DNA of 64,000 nucleotides. Origin: an uncultured Candidatus Rokubacteria bacterium. GTDB taxonomy: Bacteria > Methylomirabilota > Methylomirabilia > Rokubacteriales > CSP1-6. The notes below the pieces were generated by a model that was not told the origin of the DNA, ran no database searches, and was given only the letters and a program-made list of their open reading frames with translations. The position numbers were made by a program, and so were the translations under genes. This document shows positions 57,806 through 64,000 of the stretch, one piece after another. The first letter of the stretch is position 1. Each line of letters begins with the position of its first letter. Location: contig CAVWFS010000007.1 in the NCBI GenBank assembly GCA_963754315.1, positions 640,001 through 704,000 on the forward strand, given 5' to 3'.

Positions 57806-59009
57806 GACAGGGCGATTCCCGGGTCGTGACCGGGCGATGGTATCGCGCGGTCCCATCAGTCAAGGTGTCCAGGAACGCTACGAGATCCTCCTCGTCGGCC
57901 AGCGTGAGCCTGAGTGGTCGCAGGATGCGGACGCCATCGGCGTGCAGACGGTCCTCATCGAGCTCGGAATAGTGCCGGACCACTGCCCGCAAGGTCGGGA
58001 GCGCCCCATTGTGCATGTAGGGCGCCGTCAGGGCCACGTTACGGAGGGAGGGCACCTTGAAGGCGCCCCACTGACGATGCTCGAGCGAGACGTGTCGAGT
58101 TCCGGTCGCCGTGCCCCGATCCGGGTCGTCGTTGTACATCCCCAGCAGATTGAGCCGGCTCGCCCTTATGCGCTTGATTCCCTCGTACCGTCCCGGATCG
58201 ACGCGGCCCGGGCCGACGAAGAACGGAATGCCAATGTCGTCGAACTCGCCGTTGCTGAAGTTTGCTCCGACGTGGCAGACGGCGCAGGCGCCCTTGCCGA
58301 TGAAGATTCTCAGACCGCGTTGGGCAGCGACGGGATAGCGCCTGACGGCCGTGTCGTCTCCCCGCGCGAGCGCGTCGCGAAACTCGTCGAAGGCGGTCCG
58401 TCCGCTCGATAGCGTCTCCTGAAAGGCCGCCAGCGCCTTACCCACGTCCACCAACACCCCTTCGTCACCTTCGAGCGACGGCGACCGTCCGAATGCTTGC
58501 TGAAATCGGCAGGCAAGTTCGCCGTCGCCGCGCACCAGCGCGGCGACCTGCGCCGCCGTGCCGCCCATTTCGGCGGGCTCCAGGATCGGGCGAATGCTCT
58601 GCGCCCAGAGGCTGTCGCTCGCTCCATCCCAGCCAAACCACCGCTGCAGCCGGACATTGGCCAGTCCGAGGGTGTTGCGGTCGCCGGTGCCGAGCCCGAC
58701 ACCACGTCGCTGTCCATCGGTCCAGCTCCGCTGGGGGACGTGACAGGTCGCACACGACACGGTTCCGGCCGGCGACAGCCGCGGGTCGAAGAACAATCGT
58801 TCTCCGAGCTCGATCCCCGCCGCCGTTCCGGACACCCGGTTGCTCGGGTCACGGGACCAGGGCGGAGGCCACGGACCATGCCGGAGAATGCGCCCGACCT
58901 CGCCCTCGGTGAACGACACTCGCGCGTGGGGCAGTTCGCCGGCGCCGACGATCAACGGCCAACTTGCGGCCACGGCGAGAATGACAGCCCGGAGCGCCGC
59001 GCGCGTCAC
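57783..59009 (-). CDS. Diheme cytochrome c peroxidase/MauG-family protein
   Basis: Signal peptide; LFFDPRLS, CATCH, WDG, CAVCH, FKVPSLRNV..TAPYMHNG; GTG start overlaps the upstream stop. Confidence 0.9.
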   Translation of the reverse strand: MTRAALRAVILAVAASWPLIVGAGELPHARVSFTEGEVGRILRHGPWPPPWSRDPSNRVSGTAAGIELGERLFFDPRLSPAGTVSCATCHVPQRSWTDGQRRGVGLGTGDRNTLGLANVRLQRWFGWDGASDSLWAQSIRPILEPAEMGGTAAQVAALVRGDGELACRFQQAFGRSPSLEGDEGVLVDVGKALAAFQETLSSGRTAFDEFRDALARGDDTAVRRYPVAAQRGLRIFIGKGACAVCHVGANFSNGEFDDIGIPFFVGPGRVDPGRYEGIKRIRASRLNLLGMYNDDPDRGTATGTRHVSLEHRQWGAFKVPSLRNVALTAPYMHNGALPTLRAVVRHYSELDEDRLHADGVRILRPLRLTLADEEDLVAFLDTLTDGTARYHRPVTTRESPCLNRASPK

Positions 59010-59440
59010 TCGAGCTCGAAACTCCGGGTCAATCGGTCCGTCTGTCCGGCCGCGCGGACGTCGAAGATGAACACCCACTGCCCTGGCATGTGGAAAAGCA
59101 GACCCTCGGCGCGGTAGCGCCCGTCGCCCTGGGGCATCACGGTTGCCGCGTAGTTCATCCCGTGCCGATGCTCCGGCATCTGTGCGTCCACGCGGACGCT
59201 GTCCGGCTGCGGGCTATCACCGCGGGGACACACCAACAGCTCGACCGTGAAGTGCTCGCCGACCACGATTCGTTCGGGTCGGGTAGAAAAGGCTACCTGG
59301 TAGCGCGCAGACTCGACCGTCTTCGGATCCTCGAGTCGCTCCGCGACCCTGCAGGCGGCGTCGCCGCTCGCGGCGAGCGCCGGCAGGGCCCCCGCCAGCA
59401 CTGTCGCCAGGGCTACCAGGGATAGGCTGTGCACGCTCAC
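59006..59440 (-). CDS. Exported YtkA/FixH-like Ig-fold protein
   Basis: Signal peptide; DAQMPEHRHGMNY and GLLFHMPGQW motifs. Confidence 0.7.
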   Translation of the reverse strand: MSVHSLSLVALATVLAGALPALAASGDAACRVAERLEDPKTVESARYQVAFSTRPERIVVGEHFTVELLVCPRGDSPQPDSVRVDAQMPEHRHGMNYAATVMPQGDGRYRAEGLLFHMPGQWVFIFDVRAAGQTDRLTRSFELE

Positions 59441-60261
59441 GGTTGGTGGCGTGTGGCCCCCCCGCCGAACAGCGACTCGCCGTTGCGATATGCGATACGT
59501 TCGGCCACGGGCAATGGCAAGTCGGCTAACCAGCCACGCGACCAGTTCGCATGCTCACCGATGTAGTGCCAGCGCTCGGGTGAGAACGTGTCGGTCCCGA
59601 CCATGAACCGGTCCGGGAACTCGAGGAAGGCGACCCGCCAGTCCGGATCGACCTTACCTCCGGCGGCGTGGTCGTTCCGAAACGCAAGATCGCACCACAA
59701 GTTCTTGTAGCGCCGCAGCATCTCCCGGACGCGCTCCGGCCGCTCGAACCCTGAGTGCGCCCAGAGAACGCGGATGTCGGGGTCCTGCCGGAACAGGCGC
59801 TCGACGGCGTCGGCATCCGAGTGGGCATGCAGCAGGAGCTTGTGCCGACGTGCCAGCTCGACGACCTTGCGCACCACCGGCAGGTCGGCGTCGGCCCCGT
59901 AGACGTGGAACTCGCCGATGGCCACATAGCGGTACGTTGCCAGACGCTCCTCCAGATACGCGACGAGCGTCTCGTCGCGCACCCATGAGCCGATCTCGCC
60001 GCGACTACGGTAGGGCCGAAGCGAGGGAACGATGAGGTCGGGCGCCTCGGTGTGGAGCCGGCGAGTCCCGTCGTCACCGGAGCTCGACACGAGGGCTCGC
60101 TTCACACCGGCCTTGCGGAGTAGCGCGACCGCCTCCGTCGGCGGAAGGTTCTGCCACGCGTCGTGACTGTAGTGAACGTGCGCGTCGAAGATGGGCAACT
60201 CCGCACCATGAAGCGTGAGGGGTGCCAGAACGATCGCCAGGACCACCACGAGCCCGCGCAT
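59437..60261 (-). CDS. Exported amidohydrolase/TatD-like metallohydrolase
   Basis: Signal peptide; FDAHVHY, IGEFH, HAH, LWAH, FPDRFMVGTD. Confidence 0.82.
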   Translation of the reverse strand: MRGLVVVLAIVLAPLTLHGAELPIFDAHVHYSHDAWQNLPPTEAVALLRKAGVKRALVSSSGDDGTRRLHTEAPDLIVPSLRPYRSRGEIGSWVRDETLVAYLEERLATYRYVAIGEFHVYGADADLPVVRKVVELARRHKLLLHAHSDADAVERLFRQDPDIRVLWAHSGFERPERVREMLRRYKNLWCDLAFRNDHAAGGKVDPDWRVAFLEFPDRFMVGTDTFSPERWHYIGEHANWSRGWLADLPLPVAERIAYRNGESLFGGGATRHQP

Positions 60262-60346
60262 GGTCACCTCCGTGAGATCTCCGAGCCTCCCCAAGCCGTC
60301 CGAGCGCCTGGACGACAGGAGGGTCTGTTCGAGTCCCTCCATGCTG

Positions 60347-60985
60347 TCAGGAATACTTCACCGTGCAGCCATAGGCGCGCGTGGCCGGCGTCTTCACCGG
60401 TTGCCCGGCCATGACCGCCTGCAGCGCTGCCCGCACGTAGTTGTTGGCGCCCGCCACGTCAGACGTCCGGGTGGTTGGCCGGTCGTCGATGGCCCCCGCA
60501 TAGACCAGCACACCCGCCTTGTCGACGAGATACATGTGCGGCGTGTTGGTAGCCCCGTAGAGCCGGCCGACCGTGCCCTTCGGGTCGAGGAGCACCGCCG
60601 TGGGAACGGCCTTGCGGCCTGTGGTGAGCTCGTTGGCCTTGGCCGGCGTCACATAGCCTTGTTCGCCCGGCGCCGACGAAATGATGGTGAGCCAGACGAC
60701 CCCCGAGTCGATCGCCTCTTTCTGGATGGCTTGCATGTTCCCGGTCTCGTAGTGCTTGCGGACGTAGGGACACTCGTGGTTTGTCCATTCGAGCACGACG
60801 ATCTTGCCCCGGCTGTCGCCCAGGCTGTGGGCTGATCCACCGCTGGACGGCAAGCTGAAAGCAGGAGCGGGCTCTCCGACCTTCGCGGCGGCCGACACCG
60901 CTTGCGGCCACGTGACGGTGCTGGCCATCAGGATTCCAGTCCCGGTGCGGGCGAGGAACGTGCGACGATTCACAATACTCGACAT
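60347..60985 (-). CDS. Redoxin/AhpC-TSA family thioredoxin-fold protein, Tat signal
   Basis: NRRTFL; G.PAP.F.L, LEWTNHECPYV, YGATNTPHMY, YAGAIDD, YGCTVKY; GGAGG RBS. Confidence 0.88.
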   Translation of the reverse strand: MSSIVNRRTFLARTGTGILMASTVTWPQAVSAAAKVGEPAPAFSLPSSGGSAHSLGDSRGKIVVLEWTNHECPYVRKHYETGNMQAIQKEAIDSGVVWLTIISSAPGEQGYVTPAKANELTTGRKAVPTAVLLDPKGTVGRLYGATNTPHMYLVDKAGVLVYAGAIDDRPTTRTSDVAGANNYVRAALQAVMAGQPVKTPATRAYGCTVKYS

Positions 60986-61004
60986 AGCGCAGCCTCCCTG
61001 TGTG

Positions 61005-63155
61005 TCAGTTGTCGATGGCGTCGATAAGGATGTTTTCACTCAGGATCTGGGGCAGGACGACGGGCTCGCCCGCCTGGCCGGGCCGGGCCGCGGGGTACAG
61101 CAGGTACAGGGGCACGCCACTGCGACCGAACGAACCGAGAACGTCGGCGATCTGCGCGTCACGGTTCGTCCAGTCCGCCTTGAGCGAGACGATGCCACGT
61201 CGGGCAAACGCCTCGATCACGGTAGACGAGCGGAGCGCGACCCGCTCGTTCACCAGGCAGGTGATACACCAAGCAGCCGTGAAGTTCACGAAAACGGGCG
61301 CGCCCTGGGCCCGCAATTCCGCGAGCCGGGTCGGGCTGAACGGTTCCCACCGGAGACCCTCGGTCGCGGGCGCGCTGGCCGGGCTCGACAAGGGCAGACC
61401 TCCAATCATCGCCCCGAGCGCGATGGCGGCGAGCATCACGCTTCCCACCGCCACGCCTGCAGCCCGGCGCCAGAGCGCTGGGAGACTCCGAGATGCCTGA
61501 TAGAGCCACAGGGCGAATGCGATCAGCACGAGGCCCGCCAGAACCGCGGCCACGCCCTGCGGGCCGGCCTGCTGACTTACCACCCAAATCAGCCACGCCA
61601 CCGTGCCATAGAGGGGAAAGGCCAGAAATTGCTTCACGCGCTCCATCCAGGGACCCGGCCGCGGCAGAAGCCTCGCCCAGGACGGCACGAGGGTCAACAC
61701 CAGATAGGGCAGCGCCAGTCCGAGGGCCAGCGCTTGGAACACGAGGAGCGATGTCGTCGGGGGCTGGGTCAGGGCAAAGCCCACCGCCACTCCCATGAAG
61801 GGCGCCGTGCACGGGGTCGCAGCGATGGTGGCCAGGGTACCCGTGAAGAACGAACCGATGTATCCAGGCCGCTCAGCCAGGCGATGTCCAAGACCCGCCA
61901 CTCTCGCTCCGATGAGCAGGGCACCGGATAGGCTGAGGGCGAGCACGAAGAAAATATAGGCGAGCAGGCTCACGAACACCGGTGACTGGAGCTGGAAGCC
62001 CCATCCGATCCGCACACCACTCGCCCGCAGCGCCATGAGAATTCCCGCGACCACCGCGAAGGAGAACAAGACACCCGCCGTGTAGGCAACACCATGCCAG
62101 CGGACCACGCTCGGGCGACCTCCGGCGTGGCGCATCAGTGCGAGCATCTTCATCGATAGCACGGGCAGGACACATGGCATGAGGTTCAGGAGGAGGCCCC
62201 CCGCTAGCGCGAGGCCCAACGCTCGAGGGAGCGAGAACCCCGAGAGAGCTGGTATCGCCAGGTCGTCGCGGCCTCGCTCGGGTGTTGCTCTGACGAGGAA
62301 AGCCTGGCTCGCCGTACCCTGATCCAGACGCTCCTCGATGACGAGCACGCCTTCGACTGCCGTCCCCGGGTCCGGAGTCAAAGCACCGCGGGCTACCTTG
62401 AGCCTGAGCCCGTCCCCTGCGATCGTGACCGCTTGCGGCGCAGCATGATCGATCACGCCCCAATGTCTCGGGTAGAACCAGACCTCGGCAATCCGCGCGG
62501 CCACGAGATCGGGCGCCTCCACGTGAAGGCTGATCGTGTCGGCCGCGAATGAGACCGACGCCGGCCACGGGATGCTCGTGGGTACGGACCGCCGCGCACG
62601 GTCGATCATCTCGGCCCCACGCGGGTCCGGGGGTGGCGTGCCGGCCACGACGGGCAGGACAAGCTCGAGGCTTGCCTCCTCCGGAATGCAGATCTTCTCG
62701 CAGACGAGCCAGCTCGCGTGGGCCCGGAGGGTCACCCGAGTACCCGGCGTCAGCCCGGAAGGCGCATGGAGCAATACGGGGAGGGTGACGTCGTCCGTGT
62801 ACCCGTAGCTCATCACGGGCCCCACGGGAATGCGCTCCGGTCGCGGCCACGCGATGCCATCCGCGTGAAAACCGTCCGGCAGGGTCCAGGTGATGGAGGT
62901 GGGCTCGCCCGAATCACCGGGATTGATCCAGTACGTGTGCCATCCCCGCGCGATCCGTTGCCGCAGCCCCACCCATATCGAGCCTCCGGGCTCGATGCCA
63001 CGCTGGGGGCTGACGAGCTCGACGCGGACCCGGGGTGATGGCTTGCGGGCGGGCGGAGCCGCCGCGGACTCGGCGAGAGTGCTCACCATGCCGATCGCGA
63101 CCAGAGCGTACGCCAGGACGGCGACGGCCAGCATCGCGGGAGTGCACCGTCTCAT
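61005..63155 (-). CDS. dsbD: DsbD-like protein-disulfide reductase (N-domain, TM domain, thioredoxin)
   Basis: GWHTYW.NPGDSG, CEKIC, LNLMPCVLPVL, ATPCTAPF, FTAAWCITC. Confidence 0.88.
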   Translation of the reverse strand: MRRCTPAMLAVAVLAYALVAIGMVSTLAESAAAPPARKPSPRVRVELVSPQRGIEPGGSIWVGLRQRIARGWHTYWINPGDSGEPTSITWTLPDGFHADGIAWPRPERIPVGPVMSYGYTDDVTLPVLLHAPSGLTPGTRVTLRAHASWLVCEKICIPEEASLELVLPVVAGTPPPDPRGAEMIDRARRSVPTSIPWPASVSFAADTISLHVEAPDLVAARIAEVWFYPRHWGVIDHAAPQAVTIAGDGLRLKVARGALTPDPGTAVEGVLVIEERLDQGTASQAFLVRATPERGRDDLAIPALSGFSLPRALGLALAGGLLLNLMPCVLPVLSMKMLALMRHAGGRPSVVRWHGVAYTAGVLFSFAVVAGILMALRASGVRIGWGFQLQSPVFVSLLAYIFFVLALSLSGALLIGARVAGLGHRLAERPGYIGSFFTGTLATIAATPCTAPFMGVAVGFALTQPPTTSLLVFQALALGLALPYLVLTLVPSWARLLPRPGPWMERVKQFLAFPLYGTVAWLIWVVSQQAGPQGVAAVLAGLVLIAFALWLYQASRSLPALWRRAAGVAVGSVMLAAIALGAMIGGLPLSSPASAPATEGLRWEPFSPTRLAELRAQGAPVFVNFTAAWCITCLVNERVALRSSTVIEAFARRGIVSLKADWTNRDAQIADVLGSFGRSGVPLYLLYPAARPGQAGEPVVLPQILSENILIDAIDN

Positions 63156-63415
63156 TTGCGTTGTATTGTGCCATGCCTCGCCGAGGAGGCGCCTTTTCGG
63201 CCGGGCGCTGTCTCTCGCTCGCCGGTTTCGACTAGAATCACCGGAACGGTGAACAAGGTGCAGCCAGATCCTGCCCGCGCAGATACCAGGGGTCCTCGAT
63301 GAAAGAGAGCGCCGGCGCCAGTCCGTCGACCTCATCGACCGTGGTCCTGGCTTCGACGAGGTCGAGGCACGATGGCGCGCGGCGCGGACTCGATAACCGC
63401 AAGGAGACAGAAGCC

Positions 63416-64000
63416 ATGAGACACCTGACCCAGCGCCTCAACGAGCTGTGTGACCCCCTACCCTTTCAGACGAGCTGGTACCTCAAGAATTTGTCCACCG
63501 GTGAGCGCGCGGATCGCCAGGGGGCAGTACCAGTGCCGTCGGCCAGTACCCGCAAGATCTCGATCATGATGGCCGCTCTACAGGCCGTACACGACGGCAA
63601 GCTTTCCCTCGACCAGCCGCTCACCATCGAGGCCCGATACCAAGACAACGATTCGGGAACGTTTCAGCACCTCACGCCAGGATTCACGATCACCCTGCGC
63701 GATGCCCTGGTGATGATGATCATCGTCAGCGACAACACCTGCACCGGCCTGGTGTGCGACCTGGTCGGGCTCGCCAACATTCAGCGGTTCTGCGAAGCCA
63801 TCGGCATGACCGGGACCATCCACAGGTTCGGCATTCCGCCGCGACTCGGTCGCGACCACACCCTGGCCCAGGTCACCACCACCACCCCCAACGACCAGGG
63901 CTTGCTGCTCGAACTGATCCTGGGCGGCGCCACCGACGGCGAGGTCGCCACCCGTCTGGGCTCCACCCCGGCGCTGTGTCGTCTCGCCCTCGACATCTTG
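63416..64000 (+). CDS. Serine hydrolase, class A beta-lactamase-like fold (partial)
   Basis: Read by hand from ATG 63416 after AAGGAG: SASTRK (SxxK), MIIVSDN, TTPND; open to the window end. Confidence 0.85.
   Translation, partial: MRHLTQRLNELCDPLPFQTSWYLKNLSTGERADRQGAVPVPSASTRKISIMMAALQAVHDGKLSLDQPLTIEARYQDNDSGTFQHLTPGFTITLRDALVMMIIVSDNTCTGLVCDLVGLANIQRFCEAIGMTGTIHRFGIPPRLGRDHTLAQVTTTTPNDQGLLLELILGGATDGEVATRLGSTPALCRLALDIL

Noticed and set aside
1..64000. tRNA, rRNA, IS elements, prophage, defence systems
   Set aside because: No recognisable cloverleaf, rRNA, transposase, integrase or defence motifs on manual reading; not verified computationally.

Overview
High-GC bacterial chromosomal window (roughly two-thirds G+C by eye). 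Gene content and style resemble Ca. Rokubacteria/Methylomirabilota, which is an inference, not a tested assignment. In order it holds: an MlaEFD-type ABC system; a cation:proton antiporter; a run of small-molecule catabolic genes (beta-hydroxyacid dehydrogenase, PIG-L deacetylase, MBL hydrolase, two hydantoinase/oxoprolinase A+B pairs, LLM oxidoreductase, three xanthine-dehydrogenase/CoxL-family Mo subunits with only one FAD and one 2Fe-2S subunit, tartrate dehydrogenase, intradiol-dioxygenase-like protein, DAO-family oxidase); Tat-exported solute-binding proteins; pyrD; a complete urtABCDE-ureABCEFGD urea operon; two Dpp/Opp-type ABC clusters without ATPases; a flavin-dependent halogenase-like gene with YceI; squalene-hopene cyclase with MlaC/HpnM; a DsbD-redoxin-amidohydrolase-YtkA-like-diheme MauG-type cluster; and a partial serine hydrolase. 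Best non-obvious signals: (1) upstream of the urea operon, two NtrC-like boxes, a sigma54 -24/-12 promoter and an ANTAR-type twin hairpin; (2) an 89-bp structured repeat at two loci with compensatory base changes; (3) a His/Tyr-type diheme enzyme cluster with no recognisable substrate gene; (4) several apparently leaderless genes. Many single-base frameshifts, dense at 49.8-51.1 kb, look like long-read consensus errors. I saw no rRNA, tRNA, CRISPR array or transposase.
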